Assembly: GCA_902590435.1 (NCBI GenBank)
Contig: CACIWU010000001.1
Location: forward strand, 26,921-90,920
Direction: 5' to 3'
DNA: 64,000 nucleotides
Origin: an uncultured SAR324 cluster bacterium
GTDB lineage: Bacteria; SAR324; NAC60-12
A program made the position numbers and the translations under genes. The notes under the pieces were generated by a model. That model had not been told where the DNA came from, ran no database searches, and was given only the letters and a program-made list of their open reading frames with translations. Each line of letters begins with the position of its first letter. Within the stretch, counting starts at the first letter, position 1. This document shows, one piece after another, positions 1 through 9,850 of this stretch.

Positions 1-104
1 AGCACAAATCAAGGCATAATTTGTGCTTCATATATTGTAAAAAGTTAAATAATTAAATACTAATCAAAAAATTACTTTGTATTTCTTTAAATAAGGAGGT
101 TTAG

Positions 105-539
105 ATGAATTTCTTAAAAGTAACTTTAGGAATCATCGCTCTAATTGGAGGCTTATCTTTCGGTGGCCCTACAAACGCTCGTGCTCAAACACTCGAAATA
201 GTTTTTGTAAGTAGTCTTTGGGGATCTGCTATTGGAGGAGTCTCTGGTGTGGCTGTTTGGGCTTTACAGGACGAAGATGATGAAGATAAATTTTTTACAA
301 AATATGCTATTAAAGGTATGGCTCTAGGTTTATTTGCAGGAATGGGGGTCGGGATTTTTGAAGCTCGTTCTGACGACGGAATCTTTATGAGCAGAAAAAA
401 AACAAGAGGCTTGCTTCATTTGGATGTAAATTCAAAAATTTTAGCTATTGAGCCTTCTAAAATTTTGCCTTTACCTAATTTTGATTCTTCAAAAAATACT
501 CCGGATTGGCAAATGAATTTGATGACTGCCACATTTTGA
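105..539 (+). CDS. secreted/membrane Gly-zipper-like small protein (hypothetical)
   Basis: Strong SD AAGGAGG 6-12 nt upstream of ATG. N-terminal signal peptide MNFLKVTLGIIALIGGLSFGG..ARAQT. Gly-rich GxxxG-type segments (GSAIGGVSGVAVWA, GMALGLFAGMGVGIF) typical of glycine-zipper outer-membrane/surface proteins. Confidence 0.5.
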   Translation: MNFLKVTLGIIALIGGLSFGGPTNARAQTLEIVFVSSLWGSAIGGVSGVAVWALQDEDDEDKFFTKYAIKGMALGLFAGMGVGIFEARSDDGIFMSRKKTRGLLHLDVNSKILAIEPSKILPLPNFDSSKNTPDWQMNLMTATF

Positions 540-590
540 TACTAGGATAGATTTGATAAAAATGCAAATTTATCTAAACATTATGAAAAA

Positions 591-1496
591 ATGACATTAT
601 CCCTTGAAAATGTACTTCTATCTGCCGAAGATGGATTAGTACAATCAGGGGATAAAATCTGGTATCATTTCGATAAATATCATTGGAATCTTTCCCAAAA
701 AGGGAAAAATCCCGTTAGCGAGGAACATAGGCGAAAAATTAAGGATCGCTTAGCAAAAGGATTATCTGACCCCAAAGAAGCAATTCCTTTGAAAGGGACG
801 TATCATTTAGGAATTTCACCTCATATTTACAGCTATTATCACCTTCTCACAGATTTAATACCACATCTTATCATCACTCCTAAATACCCCGTATTGGTAC
901 CAAATTCCATGCCCGTTTCATATACTAATTTCTTAAGTGAAATTGGATATGAAATACGAATTTTACCCCCAAAATTTTTTGTTGTTGAAAAACTTTTTAT
1001 TCCGAAAATTGAAAAAATAGACTGGAACAAAACAAAAATTAATTTAATCCAAAATTTTTTTGAAAATATTTTACCGTTAACAAAATCATCAATTCCTCAC
1101 AATTTTAAATCGCAAAAAAAAATCTACGTTTCACGAGAATTAGCTGTTAAACGTCATATAACTAATGAAGAAGAATTATTGCCTATACTAAAAAAATATA
1201 ATTTTAAAAAAGTTTTTTTAGAAAAGCTTAGTATTCCGGAGCAAGTATATCTTTTTAGATCAATTTCTCATGTAATAGCACCACATGGGGCAGGTTTAAC
1301 AAATGTTTTATTTGCTTCGAATAATATAAATATTTTGGAGATTCGTCCGGTTTTGTCAAGTGGAAGCTTTTGTTTTGAAAAATTATTCGATTTGAATTGG
1401 CCAAAGTATGAAATACTTGTACCACCTAAAACAGGAAGATTTTTTCTGCCTAAAGAGCATTTAGAAAAGATTCTGTTAAGATGGGGAAATGATTAA
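591..1496 (+). CDS. glycosyltransferase family 61 / DUF563-type protein
   Basis: 301 aa. C-terminal motif HGAGLTNVLFAS matches the conserved HGAGLTN signature of DUF563/GT61 capsular-polysaccharide glycosyltransferases. Confidence 0.55.
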   Translation: MTLSLENVLLSAEDGLVQSGDKIWYHFDKYHWNLSQKGKNPVSEEHRRKIKDRLAKGLSDPKEAIPLKGTYHLGISPHIYSYYHLLTDLIPHLIITPKYPVLVPNSMPVSYTNFLSEIGYEIRILPPKFFVVEKLFIPKIEKIDWNKTKINLIQNFFENILPLTKSSIPHNFKSQKKIYVSRELAVKRHITNEEELLPILKKYNFKKVFLEKLSIPEQVYLFRSISHVIAPHGAGLTNVLFASNNINILEIRPVLSSGSFCFEKLFDLNWPKYEILVPPKTGRFFLPKEHLEKILLRWGND

Positions 1497-1547
1497 AACT
1501 ATTAATATTGATTAACAAAATCAACAAATACATTTTCTAAATCAATT

Positions 1548-2744
1548 TCAAAATCTTTTCTCTACAACTTCTACAATATGCTGCCCAATATTCAGAGAGG
1601 AAGTCGCGGCAGGTGATGGTGCATTACAAACGTTAATTATGTTTTTGTTTTCTTCAATTTGAAAATCATCCACCAACATACCGTTGGGTCTGACTGCTTG
1701 AGCCCTAACTCCCGCAGGTGAAACTATGAGATCTCCTTCATAAATCTCAGGTATTAATCTTTGTAAAGCACTTACAAAAGCTTTTTTGCTAAACGATCTC
1801 CACATTTCTTCTAGGCCAGATCGCCAGTATTTTAAAGCTAATTTAATAAATCCAGAATAACTTAAAACTTCTGCTAACTCAAAAATATTTATTTGATTTA
1901 GCTTATAACCCTCGCGAGCAAAAGCGAGGACTGCATTTGGACCACACTCTACAGATCCTTCAATCATTCTAGTAAAATGTACTCCCAAAAATGGAAAATT
2001 TTGATCAGGAACTGGATAAATTAAATTCTTGCATAAATATCTTTTTTCAGGAATTATTTCATAGTACTCTCCTCTGAAAGGGATTATTTTAGAACCTGGA
2101 CTCTGAGTCATTGCTGCTACTTTATCAGAATATAAACCGGCACAATTCACTAGAAATTTACCTTCATATTCTTTTTCCTCAGTTTTAATTATAACGCATT
2201 GAGAATTTTGCTTAATAGATTTTACTCTTGAAGAAAAATTTATTTCATTCTGTCCATTTTCCTTAATAAGGATCTCTAAGCGAGAGCAAACATTTTTAAA
2301 ATTTACTATCCCCGCATCAGGAACATGTAAAGCACGAATTCCAGAAACATGTGGTTCAAGTTCATTCAGCTTCTCCTTTTCAATCATTTCACAACGAACA
2401 CCATTTGCTCTTCCCCTTTGATAAATTGATTCTAAGGCCAATAATTCTTTTTCTGTAACTGCTACAATTACTTTCCCACAGATTTCAAAATCTATTCCCT
2501 CTTTTTTACAAAACTCTTCCAATTTAGCTTTACCTTCTCGACAGTTTTTCGCTTTCATTGATCCAGGATTGTAATAAATTCCAGTATGTAAAACTCCTGA
2601 GTTCCTGCCAGTTTGATGCATTGCTAGATTAGATTCTTTTTCTAGCAAAGTTATTTTAAGTCTAGGGAATAGCTTTGTAAATTGATATGCAGTAGCCAAA
2701 CCTACAATACCTCCACCAACAATAATTACATCTGATTTATGCAT
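1548..2744 (-). CDS. lhgO: L-2-hydroxyglutarate oxidase-type FAD-dependent oxidoreductase
   Basis: N-terminal dinucleotide fold DVIIVGGGIVGLATAY. HTGIYYNPGSMKA... block and overall length (398 aa) match LhgO/YgaF family. Confidence 0.7.
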   Translation of the reverse strand: MHKSDVIIVGGGIVGLATAYQFTKLFPRLKITLLEKESNLAMHQTGRNSGVLHTGIYYNPGSMKAKNCREGKAKLEEFCKKEGIDFEICGKVIVAVTEKELLALESIYQRGRANGVRCEMIEKEKLNELEPHVSGIRALHVPDAGIVNFKNVCSRLEILIKENGQNEINFSSRVKSIKQNSQCVIIKTEEKEYEGKFLVNCAGLYSDKVAAMTQSPGSKIIPFRGEYYEIIPEKRYLCKNLIYPVPDQNFPFLGVHFTRMIEGSVECGPNAVLAFAREGYKLNQINIFELAEVLSYSGFIKLALKYWRSGLEEMWRSFSKKAFVSALQRLIPEIYEGDLIVSPAGVRAQAVRPNGMLVDDFQIEENKNIINVCNAPSPAATSSLNIGQHIVEVVEKRF

Positions 2745-2754
2745 TTAATTTATC

Positions 2755-3426
2755 TTATTGAATAATTAATACTACTAATTCCTTACAACCATGGACTCCA
2801 TAGACTATTGTCTGCTCAATATCAGCCGTTTTGGAAGGTCCTGAAATAAGTAGTGCATTGGTAGGTATTTTATCAATCCAATTATCCATGCTCATTGCTT
2901 CAATAAAATTACTATGAATCGTTTTTGCGTATAGAATGGCAATATGGATTGGTGGTATCAAAGACATGAGCCTCGGCTCATCTGATGATGGCCAAAGTAT
3001 AAGTGAACCTGTTTCAGCAATTCCTCCTATAGTAGAAGTAATTGAGGAGTCAATATCAAAAATTAAATCCTTACATTCCTCAATAGGTTTTTTATAGTCT
3101 ACTAATTCAGGAATATCAATTGAGTTTGATTCAAATTTATGAAAAAGTTTTTTCCCTAAATCAGTTTTTCTACCATATAGCAATTTTTTTATTTTTTTTT
3201 CTTTTATAATTGAAATTAAAATATTGCACCAGTTATTTTCTGTACTCAAATATACTTCCGCACGAGAGGCTTCAATGTTTTTTTTAAATTTTTTTACGTT
3301 CTCTTCTTTTGAAAAAGATTTTCTTGAATTATCTAAATTAATTTTTTGGAATTCCTCATAATCTTCAGATATTCCTCTTAGTCTGGAAAGGATTTTTTCC
3401 CGAACAATTTGTGAATTATTCTTCAC
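2755..3426 (-). CDS. lutC: LUD-domain protein (lactate utilization protein C-like)
   Basis: 223 aa. C-terminal LUD signature (GIAETGSLILWPSSDEPRLMSLIPPIHIAIL). Overlaps lutB start by 11 nt. Confidence 0.6.
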   Translation of the reverse strand: MKNNSQIVREKILSRLRGISEDYEEFQKINLDNSRKSFSKEENVKKFKKNIEASRAEVYLSTENNWCNILISIIKEKKIKKLLYGRKTDLGKKLFHKFESNSIDIPELVDYKKPIEECKDLIFDIDSSITSTIGGIAETGSLILWPSSDEPRLMSLIPPIHIAILYAKTIHSNFIEAMSMDNWIDKIPTNALLISGPSKTADIEQTIVYGVHGCKELVVLIIQ

Positions 3427-4825
3427 TAATACCTTTTTCTTTTACAATTTGATGTAAACTTTTATTTGTAAATTGAGGCATGTCTCTCACTATTGACCAA
3501 CTACGCGATATAGAAAGCCATTTTGGAGGTGATGAAATTAATTTTGTTATTAGAAGACTCTTTAATCTATATATTGAAGGAGAAGAAAATACAATTGACC
3601 ATATTTTCCAAAAGATTCTTGACTTAATACCTTCCAACTTTTGAATATTATTATTTAGTATTTTATCTTTTCGCAAACGTAATAAGATCTCGGTTATAGG
3701 GATTTTAACTGGACACACCTCAACGCAGGCACCGCATAATGTGGAAACATCCGCCAAAAAACCTGACTCATGAAGTCCATTAATTTGAGGAGTAAAAATC
3801 TTTCCTATAGGACCAGGATATGAAGAATTATAGGCATGACCTCCTATACGAGAATAAACTGGACAATGATTCATACATGCTCCACATCGGATACAGAACA
3901 GAGTCTTTCGCAATAACTGATCTTTAAACATAGTAGAGCGACCATTATCAAGTAAGATTAAATGGACTTCTTTTGGACCATCTTTTTCAAATGATTTTCG
4001 TGGTGAATTTATCATGTTAAAATAAGTTGTAATACTTTGTCCAGTAGCAGATCTTGTCAACAAACTCAAAAGTGGTGGAACATCGGTAAGATTATCAACT
4101 ACTTTTTCGATACCCATAACTGCAATGTGAATAGGAGGCAACGTTGTACAAAATCTTCCATTACCTTCGTTTTCCACAAGGCAAATTGTCCCTGTTTCGG
4201 CTACCGCAAAATTAACTCCTGAAATTCCCATATCTGCATTATAAAATTTTTCTCTTAAAATTTTTCTTGCAATCTTAGTCATTTCTTCTGCAGAATTTAC
4301 TCGGAAAGTTGAATCAACTTTTTCAAAAAATATCTTTGAAATTTGGTCTTTGTTTTTATGTATAGCCGGCATTATAATATGTGAAGGCAATTCATTTTCT
4401 AATTGAATAATATATTCACCTAAATCTGCTTCAAGTATTTCAATTCCGTGCATTTGAATAAATTGATTTAATTCCATTTCTTCTGAAACCATAGATTTAC
4501 CTTTAACCACACTTTTCACTTCTGAACTATTAGCTATTTCAAGGACTATTTCATTAGCATCAGAGGTAGTATCTGCCCAGTGAACTTTAATACCATTTCT
4601 TAAACAATTATTTTCTAATTTTTCCAACAAATCAGGAAGTTTAGCTAAAGCATTTTTTTTGATAGAATAACCCAAATCTCTTAAATTTTGCCATTCATCT
4701 ATATCTCCAAAAGCGTCGCGACGCTTTTCTATCAAACCATTCATTGCTCTCTTAAAATTATTACGCAATTGCTTATTGTGCAAAGCTGCAAAAGTATCTA
4801 TTTTGAATTTATCTACGGGTAGCAT
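3416..4825 (-). CDS. lutB: iron-sulfur cluster-binding lactate utilization protein B-like
   Basis: 469 aa. Two ferredoxin-type Cys motifs (CIRCGACMNHCPVY and CGACVEVCPVKIP) plus LUD-like N-terminal part. Directly upstream of lutC. Confidence 0.7.
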   Translation of the reverse strand: MLPVDKFKIDTFAALHNKQLRNNFKRAMNGLIEKRRDAFGDIDEWQNLRDLGYSIKKNALAKLPDLLEKLENNCLRNGIKVHWADTTSDANEIVLEIANSSEVKSVVKGKSMVSEEMELNQFIQMHGIEILEADLGEYIIQLENELPSHIIMPAIHKNKDQISKIFFEKVDSTFRVNSAEEMTKIARKILREKFYNADMGISGVNFAVAETGTICLVENEGNGRFCTTLPPIHIAVMGIEKVVDNLTDVPPLLSLLTRSATGQSITTYFNMINSPRKSFEKDGPKEVHLILLDNGRSTMFKDQLLRKTLFCIRCGACMNHCPVYSRIGGHAYNSSYPGPIGKIFTPQINGLHESGFLADVSTLCGACVEVCPVKIPITEILLRLRKDKILNNNIQKLEGIKSRIFWKIWSIVFSSPSIYRLKSLLITKLISSPPKWLSISRSWSIVRDMPQFTNKSLHQIVKEKGISEE

Positions 4826-4842
4826 TTATTTTATTATGGCTT

Positions 4843-6543
4843 TTAGTCTAAATCTGTTACTGCCCCAAGTGAAGCAGAACTCACTGTTTTTGCATATTTT
4901 GAAAGCACTCCTCGATTGTAACGAACTTTAGGAAGAATTAATTTTGTTTGTCGTTTTTTTATTTCATCTTCAGATAACTCTATATCTATCTTACGTTTTA
5001 TAATATCAATTGTAATTTGATCTCCATTTTCTACAATAGCCAGTAACCCTCCATCTTGAGCCTCTGGTGTAATATGCCCAATTACAAACCCATGAGAGCC
5101 TCCTGAAAAACGACCGTCTGTTATTAAGGCAACATCTTTCCCTAAACCTCTTCCCATAATTGCTGAAGTAGGAGATAACATTTCTCTCATTCCCGGTCCT
5201 CCTTTTGGCCCTTCAAATCGAATAACAATCACGTCTCCTTTAACTACAGTCCCATCTAATATTTTTTTTAATGCTTCTTCTTCGGAATTAAAAACACGTG
5301 CTTCTCCCTTGAAAAATTCACCTTCCTTACCTGAAATCTTAGCAACAGCCCCTTCCTTTGCAAGATTACCTCTAAGAACAACAAGATGACCCGTTTTCTT
5401 TATAGGATTGTTTAAAGGATAAACAATTTCTTGATTTTTTTTATAATGAATTACATTTTTTAAATTTTCTCGTAATGTCTTACCTGTGACCGTCATGCAT
5501 TCACCATGAATTAGACCTGCTTCTAAAAGCATTTTCATAAGAGGAGGCAACCCACCTATTTTAATAAAATCCGTCATCAAATATTTGCCACTAGGCTTTA
5601 AATCTGCAAGTACGGGTGTTTTTCCTGCAATTTTTATAAAATCATCTAAATTCAATTTTACTTTAGCAGCATGAGCCATTGCGAGTAAATGCAAGACAGC
5701 GTTAGTTGATCCACCTAATGCCATGACCACAGTAATTGCATTTTCAAAAGCCTCACGAGTTAGAATATCAGATGGACAAATATTATTATTAATCAAATTC
5801 AAAACTGCTTCGCCTGCTTTTTCACAATCTATAACTTTTTCTTTAGATATGGCTTCTTGAGATGAACTACTAGGCAAACTCATTCCTAATGCTTCAATAG
5901 CAGATGCCATTGTGTTAGCTGTGTACATTCCACCACAAGATCCTGCTCCAGGAATAGCGCAAGATTCAACGTCTTCCAATTCATCTTGGGTAATCTTCCC
6001 TGCAGCTTCTTTTCCAACAGCTTCAAAAATAGAAACAATATCCACATCAGCTCCTTTATGCTTTCCAGGCAAAATTGTACCACCATAAACAAAAACAGCG
6101 GGTCTATTTAAGCGAGCAATTGCTATTAAACATCCTGGCATATTTTTATCGCATCCTCCTATTGCTACCAAACCATCATAACATTGACAACCAACAACAG
6201 TTTCAATAGAATCAGCAATCACTTCTCGTGATACTAGTGAAAACTTCATACCTTCAGTTCCCATAGAAATACCATCAGATACTGTAATTGTGCCAAATAT
6301 TAACGGCATTCCTTTAGCTTTTCTTACACCTCTTGCTGAATGTTCAGCTAAATCGTTAATATGCATGTTGCATGGTGTGACATTCCCCCATGTAGAAGCA
6401 ATACCAACTTGTGATTTTTGGAAATCACCTTTTTTAAAACCTACACCGTAAAGCATACCTCTACTTGCAGCTCTGGCATTTGTTTCTGTAATAAGTCTTG
6501 AGTAGCGACGATGTCCACTTTTATTAGATTGTTTATCTATCAT
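4843..6543 (-). CDS. ilvD: dihydroxy-acid dehydratase (IlvD/EDD family)
   Basis: 566 aa. Conserved IlvD blocks [32 protein letters not shown], Fe-S ligating Cys pattern. Confidence 0.85.
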   Translation of the reverse strand: MIDKQSNKSGHRRYSRLITETNARAASRGMLYGVGFKKGDFQKSQVGIASTWGNVTPCNMHINDLAEHSARGVRKAKGMPLIFGTITVSDGISMGTEGMKFSLVSREVIADSIETVVGCQCYDGLVAIGGCDKNMPGCLIAIARLNRPAVFVYGGTILPGKHKGADVDIVSIFEAVGKEAAGKITQDELEDVESCAIPGAGSCGGMYTANTMASAIEALGMSLPSSSSQEAISKEKVIDCEKAGEAVLNLINNNICPSDILTREAFENAITVVMALGGSTNAVLHLLAMAHAAKVKLNLDDFIKIAGKTPVLADLKPSGKYLMTDFIKIGGLPPLMKMLLEAGLIHGECMTVTGKTLRENLKNVIHYKKNQEIVYPLNNPIKKTGHLVVLRGNLAKEGAVAKISGKEGEFFKGEARVFNSEEEALKKILDGTVVKGDVIVIRFEGPKGGPGMREMLSPTSAIMGRGLGKDVALITDGRFSGGSHGFVIGHITPEAQDGGLLAIVENGDQITIDIIKRKIDIELSEDEIKKRQTKLILPKVRYNRGVLSKYAKTVSSASLGAVTDLD

Positions 6544-6719
6544 TTGATCCCATTTTTGGTAGAATTTTTTAATTTGTTACAAATTATAAAAAGATTCTAA
6601 ACATATTTTTAAAGAGATGTAATTTAACATTTAATTTATAACAAAGCATCACTTAAAAATTATCAACTTTTTATAAATTCGACTTATTTTATCTTCTGAT
6701 AAGTTGAAAAATCAGTTTT

Positions 6720-8411
6720 TCAAGATTTATAAGGAATATACCCTGTAACATCAAGAGTTTCAGGTAATACTTTAACTATAAATTCCTGCATAGGTGATGA
6801 CAATTCAATCTCAAAATGATTTGAAATAGCCATAAAAAAAAGATAAATGAGTCCTCGACAATGCCACATCTGTGAAAGTGTTGTCGTAAAATAAGGATCA
6901 TTTTCTACATGTATAACAGCATTTTTACTAGTTAAAACGTGACCTTCAAACATCAATTTAAAAAAAACATCTGGAAATTCTTCTAATTTCTTCTTTTGTC
7001 CGTGATCAAAAAATGCTGTCCCTATCTGTAAAAGACAATTTTTACCTTTTTCAATCTTGATATTAGAGCCCTTTTCCATTGGCAAATGAATATCGAATGG
7101 AACACAAAACTGAATTAATATGCTCCACTCTGTTTTCCGATCCAAAAAATTTTCATCTTTGTCAGTTTTGCGAAAATATATAGACTTGTCATCATATTTA
7201 CTCAAAGAAACCATCCCCCATCTCTCTGCTGCATTGTATTCCCGTCCACACTGTAAAAGTAATTTCAAAGTAAACTTTTGGCTATCTCCAATTACATGCT
7301 CATCTCTCCCCAAGATCTGTCGGAAGAAACTTGAAAATTCAATTCGATAATCTTCAGCTCTAGGGCAAAAATATGGTGAAGAACATTCTGGAACAGGACA
7401 AAAACTATCGATCATTTCGCTTATAGGTTTAGAATATTTTTTCCTAAGATTTAAATAAGAAAGCATTATACTTTCAATTTTTTTTTGCCCAAAAGAACTA
7501 GATTTGCCTGAATTATCAATTAAATTCTTAACAGTTATTTTTTCATTGGGGATCAAGTTTTGTTTATCTTCTATTTTGAGATTTGATTGACTGCCAAATT
7601 TAATTTTTTCCAAAGAAGTTACATAATTTGATTCTTCTAAATAATTTCCTCTACCTTCATTATTAAAAATATTTTCTTTAACTAGTTTTTCTACAGAACG
7701 AAAATCAAACTTTTCCTCCATTTTTTTAATAGAGAATTTTTCTTCTCTATTGAGTTTAGAGGATAATTTTGTTTGTTGATTTTGATCGTTTTTAAAATTT
7801 GTGGAAATATTGCTATGTCGATATAGAAGATTAAGGAAATATCGATTTTTAAGCATCAAATAAGTTCTATAATTAGAAGAAAATAATGTTCTAAGCCTCT
7901 CTGTAAAAAATATTCGCCTTTGTGCTTTTGTGGTTGATGATACTGTCCCCAAATTATTAGCCAAAACATCTTCTTTATAAAGCTCTAATATACTACATCT
8001 GAGAAAATCACTTAATGCCTCTTCCAATCTAAATTTATAGACACTTAAAGCAGTTGATTCAAGTGAATTGTTCGTAACTTTTTCCAATCTTGGTACAACC
8101 ATCAAAGAACGATAACTTTTTTCTATTCCTGGAATTACAACTTTTAATCCTTTAGAAACATCATAATTAACTGCCAATCTCATTACAGAATTCAAGTCAT
8201 ATAGTTGTAACGAATGTGTAAACGCTTTTTGATCGACAGTAAGATTTGCATTGGGCGAAAATGAATCTGATTCAGCAAAAAAATGAAGTATAGTTGCAGA
8301 TAACCTCGTACTAAATTGTCTTAATATTTCAGCAGCGCCTTTTTCTTTTCCGCGTTTCTGCATTTCCAATTTTATATGCTCTACTCTTTCTTTCCAGTAT
8401 GATTGTTTCAC
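6720..8411 (-). CDS. hypothetical 563-aa soluble protein, no recognisable domain
   Basis: Long uninterrupted ORF with coding-like composition. No TM or signal peptide. Cys cluster CPVPECSSPYFCP. No family recognised by eye. Confidence 0.5.
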   Translation of the reverse strand: MKQSYWKERVEHIKLEMQKRGKEKGAAEILRQFSTRLSATILHFFAESDSFSPNANLTVDQKAFTHSLQLYDLNSVMRLAVNYDVSKGLKVVIPGIEKSYRSLMVVPRLEKVTNNSLESTALSVYKFRLEEALSDFLRCSILELYKEDVLANNLGTVSSTTKAQRRIFFTERLRTLFSSNYRTYLMLKNRYFLNLLYRHSNISTNFKNDQNQQTKLSSKLNREEKFSIKKMEEKFDFRSVEKLVKENIFNNEGRGNYLEESNYVTSLEKIKFGSQSNLKIEDKQNLIPNEKITVKNLIDNSGKSSSFGQKKIESIMLSYLNLRKKYSKPISEMIDSFCPVPECSSPYFCPRAEDYRIEFSSFFRQILGRDEHVIGDSQKFTLKLLLQCGREYNAAERWGMVSLSKYDDKSIYFRKTDKDENFLDRKTEWSILIQFCVPFDIHLPMEKGSNIKIEKGKNCLLQIGTAFFDHGQKKKLEEFPDVFFKLMFEGHVLTSKNAVIHVENDPYFTTTLSQMWHCRGLIYLFFMAISNHFEIELSSPMQEFIVKVLPETLDVTGYIPYKS

Positions 8412-8487
8412 TTTTGAATAAATTCTAAGGAAGATTGGATTTTTTTAATAAACTAATGATCCAATTATAATGAATGGGGAATTTAAT

Positions 8488-9804
8488 TTAATTTATTTTT
8501 TTTAGAAATTTTACAATATCCATATGACCTCTTTCCTCCGCAATGTTAAGGGCTTTCCTATCTAACAAGTCTACTAAATTAGGATCAGCATTTTCTTCCA
8601 ATAATATTTTAACAGTATCAGTACGTCCCTCACTGGCAGACTCCATCAATGCTGTTCTTCCACTTTTACTTTGCCAGTTAATATTTGCGCCGTTTTTTAA
8701 CAAAGAGCGAACAATTTCTGTCCGACCTTCATTTCCAGCAAGCATTAATGGACTTATCCCTTCAGCATCAGCAGCATTCACATCAGCATTCCAATTTATC
8801 AAAAGGCTTACCACACGTTCTCTTCCTTCTATCGTTGCTAACATTAATGCCGTCATTTTTTGATTATCTGCTAGATTAACTTTAGCTCCTGATTCTAAAA
8901 GTCGTTTCACTACTCCATAACGTCCAAAAGAACTAGCTTCCATAAGGGCTGTACGGCCTACGTCATCTGAATCATCAACTTTGGCACCATTATCTAACAA
9001 TTGATTAACTACACTTAAACGCCCTTCAATGGATGCACTTATAAGTTCGTATAGAGGTTCAGAAACTTTAATGTCTTCAGAATCATCGTAAAAATCTACT
9101 TCCTCCCTACTACTTGCAAATAAATTTTCTGTAGTAACTAAATTATTTCTTGAATCTATAGTTTCAGACTTTGCCCCCCTTGATGTTAAATAATTAACAA
9201 CTTCCAAATAACCATTACTAGCAGCGGCTAAAAGTGCTGTAAATCCCTCTTCATTAATAGCATTTATATCCGCACCAGCATCAAGAAGAAGGCGTACAAT
9301 CCCCAAATACCCTTCAAATGCAGCTACAATTAAAGCTGTTTCTCCATATTTAGTGCTGTAATTTACATCTGATTTGTATTCAAGTAATAAACGAACTGCG
9401 GACATTTGTCCTTCGAGAGCGGCAAATATTAATGGAGTAGAACCATCTTCCATAATACTCCTTACACTTGCACCTCGTTCTAACAATATCTTAGTTATCT
9501 CTGAATCACCATACCGCAAAGATAAAGCTAGTGGACTCATCCCCTGAGCATCTTTATTTTCTATTTCTCTAAATACTTCAAGCAATACAAGAGCCGTTTC
9601 TTTATTACCAAAAATAACAGCATGCATAAGTGCATTCCTTCCATTTGAATCAGTCTTTGTCAAATCTATTCCAGAAGCAATTAATTCCCTTATTTGTTTT
9701 GCTTTCCCTTCTTTTGCAACTTGAAATAAATCCAGATTTTCAGCTGCAAAAACCATCGTACTCAAAAAATATATTAACTGGATAATTAAAATAAAAAAAC
9801 GCAT
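8488..9804 (-). CDS. secreted ankyrin-repeat protein
   Basis: N-terminal signal peptide MRFFILIIQLIYFLSTMVFAAEN. At least 9 tandem ~33-aa ankyrin repeats (G-TALM-A---G-----LL--GA--N). Confidence 0.8.
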   Translation of the reverse strand: MRFFILIIQLIYFLSTMVFAAENLDLFQVAKEGKAKQIRELIASGIDLTKTDSNGRNALMHAVIFGNKETALVLLEVFREIENKDAQGMSPLALSLRYGDSEITKILLERGASVRSIMEDGSTPLIFAALEGQMSAVRLLLEYKSDVNYSTKYGETALIVAAFEGYLGIVRLLLDAGADINAINEEGFTALLAAASNGYLEVVNYLTSRGAKSETIDSRNNLVTTENLFASSREEVDFYDDSEDIKVSEPLYELISASIEGRLSVVNQLLDNGAKVDDSDDVGRTALMEASSFGRYGVVKRLLESGAKVNLADNQKMTALMLATIEGRERVVSLLINWNADVNAADAEGISPLMLAGNEGRTEIVRSLLKNGANINWQSKSGRTALMESASEGRTDTVKILLEENADPNLVDLLDRKALNIAEERGHMDIVKFLKKIN

Positions 9805-9850
9805 TATTATATTTTGTGATTTTTATTCTCTAAATACTTTACCTAATTAT

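Noticed and set aside
839-1030. Numerous 60-150-aa ORFs on the opposite strand or alternate frames inside larger genes (for example 839-1030, 4037-4222, 5886-6092, 7120-7350, 8543-8879, 25471-25935, 44874-46196, 56740-58885, 61302-61607)
   Set aside because: Fully embedded in long, well-supported genes with recognisable families. Low-complexity translations typical of shadow ORFs in AT-rich DNA.
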